From contig NC_045707.1 of the NCBI RefSeq assembly GCF_009834535.1, positions 55,244,001 to 55,308,000 of the forward strand: a stretch of DNA of 64,000 nucleotides, written 5' to 3'. Numbering within the stretch: position 1 is the first letter of the stretch; the number at the start of each line of letters is the position of its first letter. The notes under the pieces are model-generated. The model saw only the letters and a list, made by a program, of their open reading frames with translations, did not search any database and had not been told where the DNA came from. This document shows positions 50,171 through 63,633 of the stretch, piece by piece. The stretch comes from Camelus ferus (Eukaryota). Both the position numbers and the translations under genes were made by a program.

Positions 50171-53100
50171 AAAACAAACAAACAAAACGAAATGACTGAT
50201 TTGTTGTATATGCCGGTTTCCAATCCAGGGCCAACTTTTGTACCTGATTTTTATATCTGATAAACTCCTTTTAATTAACATTAAGTTTTTTAAAAATGTA
50301 AATAACTATTGAAGAGACAAGTCTAATTTTTCTACAAAAATCTACATCTTTTTACCTTTCTAAAATTTAGTAAAGATGTGAACATGCAACTAAGTGACTT
50401 CTTAGAGCAAGCCTTTTTCACTATTTTGTCCCTAAAAATAAATTCTACTTGACATTTAGAAATTCTTTTGGTAAATGTGGGTCCTATCTTTTTCGTTCTC
50501 ATAGTTGGTGGGCAGCTTCCATGGGGCAGGGGAGAATGATGATAAATGAAATGTTGAAAACTTTTCTAGGCATATGTCAGTGGATCAACAGAAAAATCAG
50601 CTTAGCCATTTGGATATTTACTCTTTAAGGTGAGCTTTTTAATTTGTGTAAAAAATAAAGATTCTTTTTTTTCTTCACAGTATTATAGTCAAGGACAATT
50701 CTCTTGCTAATTCTGTGGTTTTGACCTCGTAGCCTCTTAGTTAGTGTACAGTGAATATGGACTAATAACATGCAGACCTTTGAGAACTGAAGCTCAAAAG
50801 ACACATCTGGTCATCAGAAGAGAGTATAGTAAGCCAGTAGCAAATAGTCACATTTACATGATACCATCTGCTTTAGCAGAACTAATAGAGGAAAGAAAAG
50901 AGCTAATTTGAAGTAAATGACACATAAGTGGGTTACGGATTCAAAGAGAATGGGGGGAGGGATGTCACTTGCCTATGTTTTGTTCAGTCTAATACGTGGG
51001 CAGTGACATTGATGATCTGAGTGATGTGTGCCGCTCTTCAAGTTCAAAAACATTTCAAGTGATAAACATCTCAGGAGAAATCAAACCTTTGGGAAAAGTA
51101 ATTTTGCCTATTAGTACGAGCCAAGAAATTTGGGACTTTAGAACAATCAACTTATTTAGATTTGGTGGGGGTAGTTATTTCTTCTTTCTTATTTTTAATA
51201 TTTTGACGTTTTAATAGTTCTGCTAGGAAGAGGAGCTGATTTTTTTTTAAACACTTTTATTGTGTTATGGTTCCTGTACCGTAAACTACACATATTTAAT
51301 AAATCAATCTTCTGGTCAAGTATGCTTAGAAAATAATTAGTAATTTTTCTAAGATGATGATGTTCAAAATTGCCATCCATTTTCTTTGGAAAGTATGTGA
51401 AAATTTTGCAGAATTTTTCTGACATATACAAAATTTCAAGTAGCAGGGAATATTTTGTTTTCCTGAAAATTGTCTGAGTATTGACCCAGCCCCATTTTGA
51501 CTCAGTCTGACTGTTTCAGTTTCTTTAAAAATGAGATACAAGATGTACAATTTGAGGTAGGTTAGCAGAAGCTCCAATGTGACTTAAAAGAGAAATGGAT
51601 CATGGAGTACCTTGGATAGAATATAAATTTTGAAGTGTTGCCTTCTTGAATATTCTTTTGACAGTTTCTCCAGTGAACAATTTTATTTGGAGCTTAGGAA
51701 ACGAAAGATCAGCTAAACCTTGCTGGTTCTGCAACAGTAATATTTAGGCCTCAATATTCTTAGAGCTGTAAGAGTCAGTGAAAGTGTCAAGGGATTGCAC
51801 ATATTTTTGAGAACATCAAAAGAAATGGCAAGAGAGCCCCTGGCATTGTTACAGCGCTGTTTGACACTGAGGTAGCATTAGCTGCAGCTTCTTACTTGCA
51901 TATAATTATATATATTAACAACTCACAGAATTGTACTAGATCCCTAGTATTAGGGCTCTGACAATAAGAAGATTAGAATTGATTTTTTTTTCTCTTCTAC
52001 TAGCAATTAACCATTCATTCTTTGTCTTCTTGCTTTATATCATGAAATTGCCTCTGGATATCATTCCCTTAATCAGTGCAGAAATATGATAATCTAGCAA
52101 TTAGAGACCTATGCTAAGTGCATGTTTTATGCCATGATCCATGCACACTAACAAAAAAGAAAGTTCCCTAACCATTTCACTCTTAAAGACATTTTAGTCT
52201 CAACTTATTTTTAGCAAACATACGGATATGTAAGAAGCACTTTGATACTGTCTCAAAGTACACATGATTTTTTTCTTTCTTTTGCATTTCTCTGTAGAAT
52301 CAAGTGCATTGCCTGGCCCTGAGTTGGCACGTTTTGATGTGTAGTTTAGTCTTACTTTACTTTTTATTTAATGTAATTTCATTTAAAAGTGTTATTCATT
52401 TGGCCTTTTTTATACTAGTGTGTTGGAGATTTTTTTTTCTCAGTACCTATTTTAATAGAACTTATTCTTCACAGATGGAGGAATATCATGTCTTTGAAAC
52501 AATGTGTTACTCAATGGATCTAAAATACTGTAAAGGCAATTATGTCTCTCTGATATATAAAGATTTAAATTTGGTGAACATATGTAAAAGCACATGAAAC
52601 CACTGTAATAACATACAGGCAGAAACTGGAAAATGCTCACAGTTACTTTAGAGGACAGAAAAGACTATTTGTAACATTTTGAGCTTATAGAATATTTGTG
52701 GAGATAGGTCCAAATTTTGAACTTGTATATATGTGACTTTCAAGGGCAACTTATCAAACTAGGTATTTTGTACATTTTTTTTCTTCTATTGGTGTGTCTG
52801 GCAACAATTTTTCCCTAGCTTTTTAGTGTTTCTAAAAATATATCTTGAGATTCTCAAAATACATGAAAGCGAATTCCCAGCCAGTTCCTCACTTGAGCAT
52901 ATTTGCAGTGGTGGTATGATTCTAAAAATAATATTTATGTTCAATGTATCCTGCTTTGAGATTTGTATAGTAGGTTTTATAGCTCTGTGAGTTGTTAGCA
53001 TATATGATTATATAAATTTAAAAAGCTGCAGCCAATGCTAAATAAATGTCAGCATGGTTGTGAGGGAAACATGTAATCATTCACATCAGCTACCAAGTCT

Positions 53101-53615
53101 AAACATTGTATAAATATGGTAAAACCTTTAAGATCTGCTCCTGATAAAGAAGACTGGATTTTGCAGCTACAGATTCTGCAGAGGCTAAAATAAAGGACCC
53201 AACTAACTTTCCCAGATTTGTGTAGCTTTGGCAATCTCAAGAAGTCAACTTGTAAATATATAGAAAATTAAACCCAAATGAATCTTGAAAAGTAAAGCAA
53301 TAGTTTCATACACTTAGCAAAAACTAAAGTGCCTCACAGATTCTTTTGATGCCGTACATTTTCATGCGTAGCACTGTCATGGCCATTTTTTTCCCTCGTT
53401 TCTATTCATTCCTTTTGATGGTAAGGTTTTCCTCTTCAATCTCAAATCTTAATAATAGAGAAGTAGAACTCATTACCATTCCTAAAAAATAGGGTGTCAT
53501 AATTATTGTTTAACTTAAAAACTGACTTGTTCATTCTATTCACCATACCAAAAAAATAGATTTCTTTTGTTGTTGATGCTAATTTTTTTTGTTTCATTTT
53601 TACTTGTTTGCTCTA

Positions 53616-53812
53616 CTGCAGGATTTATCAAGCTTGGGACTATTGGTATTTGGAATCAAATATTTATTGTGGCAGGCAGTCTTATGCATTATAAAATATT
53701 TTGCAGCGTCCCTGGTCTTTACTTAATAGATGCCAGTCTCACACAGCGTGACAATCAGGACGTGTCTCTAGACATTGCCAGTGGTCACCCAATAGGCATT
53801 GAGAACCAACGA
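53616..53812 (+). mobile_element. MER20 (hAT-Charlie MITE)
   Basis: gggactattggtatttgg, gcagcgtccctggtct...tagatgccagt, gtgacaatc...gtgtctctagacattgcca, ttgagaacca. Confidence 0.85.
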
Positions 53813-55214
53813 TCCACAGGACTGTTTGAGAATTTGTGGACTTCTAATATTAGAGAGGAGTATAAAGGGAATATAAACACAGCATTTTATTTTACAATAG
53901 AAAACATAATCCAAAAAATAAGAAAATCAAATCACTGTAGCAGTTGTCACAGAGACACAGTACTGACGTGTTCCAAACAAATAACTAGCACAGGTAACTC
54001 CCTAAGCAGAAGCACTTACTGGGACAACGAGATACTTGAAATCTAGATTTTCCTAGCATGGCAAACATGTGCAGCTTTGTTTCTTTCTGTCTCGGGAGAG
54101 TGGTGGGGCACTTTCCCTTACTCTGCCATTTTTTGTCCGTGTATGGTTTGCTGCTGCCTCACCTTAGCTACTTAATATTCTATTTTCATGATATATGTGC
54201 AGCATAGTATGGCATTTTAGTAGGCTATTGATGCAGAAACATCAGAAAATGAACTCACTTTTGCATCTCAATTATTAGCTTTTAGATATTTTATTATGTA
54301 AAAGTTTGTACTATATGCTAATACTGGTAAAAATATTAAACAATGTAAAAAAACTACATTTCTGTGGTGACGATAACAGAGGATTAGTTGATTTATCTGT
54401 TGAGAGACATGGATTAATAAAATCATATTTCCATGACAACAATGAGTCCCCTTTGCCCCAACAGCTGTGGTTTTAATTATAGCTTACATTCTCCTAGTAA
54501 TAACTGTTCACTATTTCCTCACTGTTTTCTGTACTAAATATTTTTCTTGGTGCCTTAGCCATTAAAACTGCAGTCTACAAAGGCTGAATGTCAGGTTAAT
54601 GCATGTTAAAGCTGAATTTATCTCTTAGATACTACACCTTGACAACACTAGGAAGAGTGACATTAAGTGAAACCACATGGATAGTTTCTAAATGTAGAGG
54701 TCTCTCTGTGTATAGCATTATTATTGAGATCTCAATATTTCTTTGTTGCTTCCATTGAGCAATAATAAAATAAGAATTAAATGCATTATACTATGATTTT
54801 AATGGTGTATACTTCAGACTATCAAGAAAAGCTTTACAAAAATATTTAGAGAAATTTTTGCTTTAAGTTAAAAAAATACATATATATATATATTTTGGTA
54901 GAATGTGTCTTTGGATGACCTCCTAGTTTGTGTCTCCATTATTTTGTTACTAGTCCTCCTCAGCATTTTCACATGTCACCCTGTCACCCAGGACTTCACA
55001 GCTTTGTTCCAGGTATGCTGTTGCTCTCCCAGCGTCAAGAGTTTGAACCTGTGAGCACCATCTAGACTTGCATGCATCCCCTTCCCCCACTTCAGTGCCT
55101 CGTTATCAGTGTGTCCTACTAGGTTCAAGTCCAACAGTAGTAAGTCCAAGTACTGTTGGGTGCTTTCACAGGTCATCTCACCTCATCACATCAGCCTGTA
55201 AGCTAGTTGGTGCC

Positions 55215-55290
55215 ACTTTCAATTTGAAGATGATGAAACTGAAGCTTTGAGAGCTTTGAGTCACCTGCTCATGGACACACAGCCATTTCC
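55215..55290 (-). mobile_element. MIR core fragment
   Basis: agatgatgaaactgaagct...gtcacctgctcatggacacacagc. Confidence 0.55.
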
Positions 55291-56883
55291 TCTGTGCCTT
55301 TCAAAGTTTGACTCATCCATCTGATAAATTCAGTTTCACAAATGTGGCCACTAAAGGACCACTGTTCCCCTTTTGGTAGAAATATTTTTCAGAGGATCTT
55401 TGAAAATACTCTGACACAGGTTTTGTTTAACCAAAAAGGAAAATAATGTTACTAATCTCAGGTCAAGTGAGAAGCACTCTGGCTATGAGAGACAAAGAAA
55501 AGTTATTTTTAAATCACAAATCTTAGTGTTTTGAAAAAAGTTTTACTTATGTGTTGTGATGCTAATGGCAGTTTAACTCATAAAGATGTTTGTAATATTT
55601 TAAAACAAAGTTCATGGCATTACAATTAGAATGGCATGTTCTAAAAAAAAACAACTTGCAATTTTTGAATCCTTGATAAACCAAATTAGCTATGAACTAT
55701 ATAAGAGGCATATTTAATAATTAAGGATCCACTTTGTCCTTGACTTTTTTTCCTGGAGAACTCAGCCCTTGGAGGTACATCAAAAAATATGAATAGATAT
55801 GAAAAATGTAATTTTAAAGTAGAAATGAAGTAATAAGGCCTCTGCCTAGAAGGTGGCTTGTCTAGATTTATTATTCAGATAGTAAAAAAAAGCATTGAGA
55901 GTACAAAAAAGAAAAAACCTGATTTTTAAGTCTCTCTCTTGGGGATGAATAAAATGTTGATGCCCCTACAAAAGGATAGTAGTGAGAATGTTCATCTTAT
56001 ACATTGTTAATTATTTTAAATCAATGCAGTTATTTTGGGGAACTATAGACTTTTATGTAATATCCTTACTAGATTTTCAAATTTGTGAAGTAACAATACG
56101 GGTTGTAGAATTAGGAGCCTTGTCCAGTAATAAATTCTGTTCCTTTTAAAGAAATGAAACCCCAAAGCATAAGGATAAAGAGTTAAAAATTCTTTTATCC
56201 AAGGGCATGATAACCTTCATGTCAATTACAATTCTTTGGGGGTAAAAATTTTTTAAAGACATCTAAATGGTCTTTAAAATTATTCTCTGTCTAAATATCT
56301 TTCTGACCTTAAACACAGATTACTGAAATGGACACCAGAACATTTTTAAGGTTGGTAAATATTCTAAACTGATGTAAGAAGAAAAAGATGTTTAAGTGTA
56401 TTAGAAGAAAGTATATTAGTCAGTTTCACTAATTACCATACTTTTCAGGTAAGCCACTGCAAGTCATGATTTCTCAGAAGGCCTTACCAAGAAGTGCAAA
56501 ATAAGAATAGTAAATTTCACTTTTTCAAGTTAGTGTACAAATAAATTCTACAATGGCATTAATAGAATAGACCATAAGAAAGCAGCCTAAAACACACTGC
56601 ACAAGTCCAGTGAATTCCATTCCAGGAAGTGTTTGAATTATGGGTACAAAAATGTATCAAATAATTCAAACACTTCTGCACAGTGAGGTGACTTTCCAAG
56701 GACTAACCAAACTATTGGTAGTCAATCTCAAACTGAAAATTTCTTCTGTCCCATCAAAACTAAATCAGATGCTATAAAACTCTATTTACCCAAAAGTGTA
56801 TCCAAAGAAATACAGAACTGGGCACATAGAAAGATAATGGCATAAAGTAGAGGGGCTTGACCCAGGGTTAGAAAACCCATAGA

Positions 56884-56910
56884 GTGTGTGTGTGTGTGTG
56901 TATGTGTGTG
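56884..56910. repeat. (GT)n microsatellite, interrupted
   Basis: Direct reading. Confidence 0.95.
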
Positions 56911-57109
56911 ATAATAAGCAGATATACAGGCATTTTCAGAGCTACTGAAAAAGAAGAGCTTATATTCCAATATTACATGAATGTATAAATCAATTACAGA
57001 CAGATAAATAGTAAATCAAGGCTCTTTTAAAAAACAATATTGAAGGACTGACATGATAGTGAAACAAAATAATTTGCAATTGATATTAGAACTTATGCTA
57101 TAATTTCTA

Positions 57110-57225
57110 TGTCCCTGCACCTCCTAGATTCAGGCAACCACTGATCTGCTTTCTGTCACTAGTAGATTGATTGCTTTGCATTTTCTGGAATTTGATATAA
57201 ATATAATCATATCACATAATCTTTT
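57110..57225 (-). mobile_element. L1MB-type 3'UTR fragment
   Basis: caggcaaccactgatctgctttctgtcact...tttgcattttctggaattt. Confidence 0.75.
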
Positions 57226-57494
57226 TCAAGAATTATTTTGATGTAGACTAGAGTGGACGTAGGTTTGTGCATGATGTCAAGATAGACGGCAAAAAAGAAA
57301 ATCTGATGGCAAACAAGAGAGTGATGTGGTGATACTACCTGGATAAAAATTCCTGCAATTCTCTGGAAAGGAGGAATTACTATCAGAACAACATTGCGTA
57401 TTATTTTTACCTTGTTTTTAAATATTCTTATATCCTTTAGTTATATACTTAAATATATGTATTTTCATTTGTACAGTGTAGGTTTGTAGGTCCT

Positions 57495-57838
57495 TGTGTT
57501 AGTTTGGTAGAACTGTCATAACAAAGTAGCAGAGACTGAGTGGCTTAAACGACAGGAATTTAGTTCTGGAGGCTGGAAGTCTGAGATCAAAGTGTCGGCA
57601 GGTGTGGTTTCTTCTGAGCCTCTCTCCTTGGCTTGCAGACAGCCGCTTTCTCCCTGTGTCTTCATACCACCTTTCCTCATTCTGTGTGTCTGTAACCTGT
57701 TCCCTTCTTTAACGACATATTGAATTACTTCCCACCCATATCTTCAAATACAGTCCTGATCCGGGAGTTAGCAGTTCAAGGACTCGGAGTTAGGACTTCA
57801 ACATACGAGTTTTATGGGACACAATTTGGTCCATAAAA
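57495..57838 (-). mobile_element. MLT1A/MLT1A0 solo LTR, complete with 5-bp TSD
   Basis: gttctggaggctggaagtctgagatcaaagtgtcggcagg; perfect TSD gtcct at 57490-57494 and 57839-57843. Confidence 0.92.
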
Positions 57839-58991
57839 GTCCTCAATTAATCCTTTTCTTACCTTTACAAGATCCTGAATTAAGGGTACCTAAACGTAGA
57901 CCACAAATGACGAATTCAACTAAAAATCTTCAAGGATTTTTAGAAGGATGCTGCTAAGATTTGGATGTGATGATTATTACAACAAATGCTTTCTGGTATA
58001 GAAAGTACTTGTTGGCTGTAAAATGATATGTGTATCATTTTCATTTAACCCACAGTTAGATTCTTCTGTGTTTTAGAGAGTGCTATATAAAACATATTGC
58101 TTTGTTTCATCTTTGTCCTGGGAAATATATTTACAAATAGTCCATATAGAGAACATAGTCTAATTACTAATTTTGTAAATTATCGCTATTTATTGCATTT
58201 TCAGATAAAGTCATTTTTCCAACTTTTTATTTCAATTAATAAATGTAGTTGCTAATTCTTCTTATTTGGGGCAGTAGCTTTCAAAATTCACCAGGTTTAA
58301 ATTTTATGATTTGTCAAGTTTTTAAATTTCAAATGTTAAAGTACTAAGTCTGAAAATTATGATCTTTCTCCAAAAGATATGGTTGTCTTTTTGAGACAGT
58401 TGAAACAATTTGCTTTTAAAAAGGAGATATTTTAAGTCGTTTAATAACTGTCTGTGATTATATAACATCAAAATGATCTAAAATTTTGACCACAATCTTT
58501 TATAATAAACGCCAGGTATTTTTTATTTTCTATAGAAAACAGTATTATAACAGGGTAAATAAAGCACTTTCCTCTTATGCATTGCATAAGTATTTTAAAT
58601 GTTTAACTAGATACACATACTTTATTTATTCTAGGCATGGTGCTTTGTAATTTCTTATGTTTGTATATTATATATATATCAAAATAATAAATTTAAAATT
58701 TCCAGTAAATTTTAGCACACTTAGTTTTAGAAGTCCAACTCTTAAACCTTACCTTGTTTGCTTTTAAGTTTAATTAATAGTTGATCTCATTGTTTTGGAC
58801 TCTGAAAAGAGTGGTTACTATTTATTATGAAACTGTTAAACAAAAGCAATCACTTAATACAGTGTATATTACTAAATGTAATCTAAAAAACTTCAGATAC
58901 CTGAATATAGTAGTGAAATATGTGCTTAACAGCCACATGAATAACAAGTGCATACTGCAAAAAGAGAGTGCAATCACTTTGTGGTAGATTT

Positions 58992-59073
58992 TGTTATGAG
59001 ATGAATTCTGTCCTCCCAAATTAATATGTTGAAGTTTCAAACCCCCATCCCTCTGAACTGACTATGTTTGGAT
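58992..59073 (+). mobile_element. MLT1A/B 5' fragment
   Basis: tgttatgagatgaattctgtcctcccaaattaatatgttgaagt...tgactatgtttgga. Confidence 0.7.
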
Positions 59074-60204
59074 CTGTAGTGAAAAAAAATTGAAGTGTTA
59101 ATAGCAGCTTTCTCTAGCAGTGGCTATATGTGCAAACCGACTTGGCCTAATCCAATAATAAGAGAATCACCTGTATTCACTTAAAAAAAAATATGTATAC
59201 ACACACACACACATATTTAGGTTGCCATTATCTTAACCCTTTCAGCTGATTTCTTCATCTCTGATGGCTGATTTTGAGAGGTGTGGGGGAAACCTGTGAT
59301 GAGAGACAATGTGCAAAGGCAAGTGTACAAATCAGTCTTTCCTTGCTAAAGACAAAAAGATTGTGCTCTGCCAGTGAACAATGCTGGATGGAGAGTCTGC
59401 TGGTGCCAGCCCTTCACCTCTCTGACCCTGGTGGTCCTAAACCTTTCTTTGGGGGTTAAACCACTCTGCGCTGCTGGTGCTCTCAGGGCTACCTGTCTGC
59501 TCCCGGCACCTGCAGGCAGTCTGCACGCAGGAAACTTTGCTTCCACACAAGCCACTGCGCCTTTCAAAGTGAGCACGGGTGTTCAACAGCAGCTGACCTT
59601 TTGTTTGTTCTGGCTGAGTCTTTTTATCTATTTCTTTCATGTCTTGGACTTACAGTCATAATTGATAGGGGAAAAAACCATAATTGTTTCTGGGCACATC
59701 ATAGGCTTGAAATGTGTATGCTTTGTACATGACAGTTTCTTACAGATGATTGATTTTAAAATATGTATCTCACTTATACTTTCATTGATATGAAGACTGA
59801 CAGTTCATCTTCCAAGTATGGCAAAATTACAAATTGATTTCAAAATTAACATATGCTTCCCTATAAAGATCTGATATGTGAGTTTAGATTGTAATACTCT
59901 CAGGATGTTAGAGAGACTCAAAACAATCCTTGAAGAAAGCACTACAAAATGCACATATACCTTCCATACTTTTTGACACATGGGAGATAATCTATATTTG
60001 TCAAATCAAACCATGAATTCAATTTCAGAGACTTCTGTTTTCCTTGGTAATTATCTTGTTGATATTAATTCACTCTGAATGATGTGGTAGATTAATCTTT
60101 GGAAAATAATGGAAGGAACTGGGGTGTTATTTTTATATCCTTTGCATGTCAAAAGTACACTGTGACATAAGTATTTGCTTTTATTCTTTTAAGCATTCTA
60201 AGGC

Positions 60205-60424
60205 TGAGTTTCTTAACAGCAATACAGTTGGTATTTGGGGCTGGGTAATATTCTGTTGTAGGGGATGTCCTGTGCATGTCTAGCAGCATGCTTATACTGT
60301 ACTTACCAGATGCCAGTAAGATTGCCTCCCTCCTACACACACAGTGCGGCAACAACCAAAAGTGTCTCCAGCCATTGCCAACTATGGTCTTTGACTAGGG
60401 AAAATAACCCAACGGAACTAATGT
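60205..60424 (+). mobile_element. MER20 (hAT-Charlie MITE)
   Basis: atttggggctgggtaatattctgttgtaggggatgtcctgtgcat...agatgccagta...caaccaaaagtgtctccagccattgccaa. Confidence 0.85.
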
Positions 60425-60541
60425 AATTTGGTTGGTCTGGATAGAACCTCTCAAAGGTGACATGAAAAATGAAACATGAAAGAATAAAAATGTAAGTACA
60501 TGTGCTTTCTCTCCCAGTTAGAGTGATTTTTGTCTGTTTGT

Positions 60542-61095
60542 TGAAGGAGATTAGAATGTCAGAATGTCACACTAAAGTTTGCCGCTTTGGCATATAGGTA
60601 TTTTGAGCTGTTGTTGAGACGCAGGAAGAGCTCTGTGCCCTCCCCCATCCACCTAAAAGCCAGACCTAAATTCCCCTCGTGAAGATGTGCTGTGCCTTCC
60701 CCTACCAGGAGGAGGGGAGCAGCTCTTACCACCAGGGAGGCAGGCAGCAGGGAGAAGAGTCTGCAGAAAGTCACCACACTAAGTAACGCTTATTTACCAT
60801 CAGTCTCCCCGACAGCTCTACCTTCTCGTGGTTTTCCACCCTGAGAAGCCCAGCCTCCCTTGCCTTTCTCTAGTCACTTATCCACAATTTATCATCCTTT
60901 GTTAAAAACATATATAAGCCCTGGAGTCTAACCACTGCTCTGAATGTTTCCCTTCTGTGAAGGTCCTGTGCACATAAAAAATACTAACATTAAATAAATT
61001 GGCACTCTTCTGTTATTTTGTCTTTTATCCATTTGAGTCAAAGGCCCCATTTACAAAAACTAACAGAGTAGAAGAAAAGGTTTTCCTCCCCTACC
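60542..61095 (+). mobile_element. MER34-family (MER34A-like) ERV1 solo LTR
   Basis: Starts tgaaggagattagaat...gccgctttggcata...tattttgagctg; TATATAA near 60911; AATAAA 60993-60998; ends ttttcctcccctac. Confidence 0.85.
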
Positions 61096-62735
61096 GCCAC
61101 TATATGTTTACTTGCCACCAGAAATTCTGGCGTCTATTAGGATCCCACCAATTATTCGTTGAACAGATAAATGTATGAGAATAATACTAATATTTATTTA
61201 TAGGCCTGATGTCAGAGGAGACAATGCATGTGAAAGAACTACAAAAATTACAGTGTCACACATAGCTTATGGTTAGTATTAGCATTTCTGTTTTCACTGT
61301 TATTATATTGATATTATACAAGCCAGTATAATACTCATAGTGAAGACACTTTTACTTCATAAAGTTTGGATTGACGTAAGTTTGAATTTAGGGTTACAGA
61401 TGGAATCTTACCCTTCCATGTAAGCTGGTTCTAGCCACGTTCCTATTATATTTCATTCCTGGTCTCTAAGTGAGTAACTCATCAAAGCTTATGATCATGA
61501 TGTGATTCCCATATTCTAGAAGACGCATGTTATAGTTGCTGTAATTTTACAAACTGTAAACATACTTTATTCCATGAAGGACACAAAGTGAGTCAGGACC
61601 CAATTTTGGTTCTTAAATGGCATGTTTTGTTAAAGAATTCCAGACACTTTACAAACATTACTTTCCTTTTAATTATTTAGAAAATTAACTCTTTATGGGC
61701 TATATGCCATTTACCACCTCATTGACACTACTGAGCTGCAAATATAACTCAACAAAAATTTCATCTTTCATATTAAGTTGGCTTTGATCATCTCTTTGAT
61801 AAGGTGATTGAAGTGTTATATTTGCTCTAAAGTCCCACTTTTGTCTCCATCTTTTCTCTTTGTGTTTAATAGTCCTTATGAGCCTTTTCAGCTGCTGATA
61901 ATTTTACACAAAGGTTATAATTAAAAGACAGGTCAGCTTATAAATATTAATAATAACAATTAATTCACCCAGGGCTGTTTCTCTGTGTGGCATGATACAA
62001 CCATTCTGTAATATTTCCAAGCATCATCTCAAGCATCATCTTACGTAAGGGAAGATAAAGCATGTTGTTTACATATTCAATAACAAGGACAAGTTATAAT
62101 TTCAGTCACAGTGGTTATCTGACAGTTATGCTGTATGGACATTGGCAAACTGAGGCTAATTTATTCCTGGATCTAAATACTGGTGTTCTTTTTATTTATG
62201 GCTAGAAGTAAGTAAGATAATGGACCCTAACTACTGCATTGAGACTCCAGAGAGAGTTAAGGTAAATTAAATGGCACGCTTCCCAAAAAAATACGTTTGT
62301 TGGATAATATACTTTTATGTCCTGGGCCCAAGTGGAAGTTTCAGAAATAAACATTATTTTATTAGTCACAAATTAAATATAAGGGGAAGGTCAAAATTAT
62401 TTATATCTATGACCAAACAAACAAAAATACCGAGTCAGAGGATAAGATGATTTCTGATTTCTGATGCTTCATCTCTTTAATCATTGTTACTGGAAGTACC
62501 TGATCTTCATCAAGTTATAGGATTTATAATCAGTCTCTGTAAAATAAAATGAGATTACTCTGATAATGCTAAGCTTTACTGTATCTCTTGAGAAGAAAAA
62601 AATTATGAGAACAAATTTGTTTCCATAGTCACAGGAGTTCCTACTTTCTTTGCCTAAAGTTGTCTTCAAGTCACATCTTTTTCACTTCTATATTGGCAAA
62701 GTTTTATCATATTATGATATATATTTTTTGGAGTC

Positions 62736-63366
62736 TATGGTAGACAGAATTCTCAGATGACCCAAGTGCCCCACCCGCTTGTATAATCACCTTTTCTTAA
62801 ACTTGTGCAGGATGACAAATCACTTTGATGATTATGTTAGATCATATGGAATTTTCCAGATGTAACTAAGGACCTTAATCATTTGATTTTGAGTTAATCA
62901 AGAGGGAGATTATCCTGGGTAGACTTGTCTATTCAACTCAGCCCTTAGCAGTGATCAGAGAGATGGGAAGTGAGCTGCTCCTGCTGGCCTTACCGGACAT
63001 AGTGCCATATTGTGGAGGGGGCTATGTGTCAGGGACCTCTAGGACCTGAGAATGTCCCCTAGTTGACATCCAGCAAGAAAGTAGAGACCTCAGTCTTAGG
63101 ACCACAAGGAACTAACTTTTGCCAGTAACCAGTGAACTTGGAAATGGATCCTAAGCTCCAAATAAAAATGAAGCTAGAATGACACCTTGATTTCAGCCTT
63201 GTGGGACCCTGCAAAGAGAAACCAGTTATAACATGTCTGGACTTCTGATCCACAGAAAATATGAGATAATTAATGGGTGTTATTTTAAACTACTAACTTT
63301 GGAGTAACACATTTAAAGTCACTATATTTGTGGTAGCTGGTTACACCACAATAGAAAATTAATATG
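62736..63366 (+). mobile_element. MLT1E-like solo LTR, full length
   Basis: gattttgagttaatcaagagggagattatcctgggt, cagcaagaaag...gacctcagtc, gacaccttgatttcagccttgtggga; TSD gagtc/gtgtc. Confidence 0.88.
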
Positions 63367-63633
63367 GTGTCTTTTCTCTAATAATTCCCATTTCTAATGC
63401 GTAATAGAAACTCAACGAAATTTGGCATTTCAAGGAATCATTACTCCTGTCAGTTCCCAGTTTTATGTTCAGTCTTGAACATAGATTTAAATATAGTAAA
63501 GAAGAGAATACAAGGTCTGAGTCTACCCTACTTAAAAGTATGTAACATGTTAGAAATTTAAAAAAGGAGTCTTAACTTCTATTGGGAAAACACTCACTTT
63601 ACAGAAGAGAAACTGAAGGACCTGAATTTATTT

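Noticed and set aside
51552..51895. TGAGGTAG let-7-like seeds at ~51552 and ~51868
   Set aside because: Only the first 8-9 nt match; there is no mature let-7 sequence or complementary hairpin arm.
53567..54046. 159-aa ORF with a hydrophobic, signal-peptide-like start
   Set aside because: The hydrophobic start comes from a T-rich tract and the middle is MER20; no recognisable domain.
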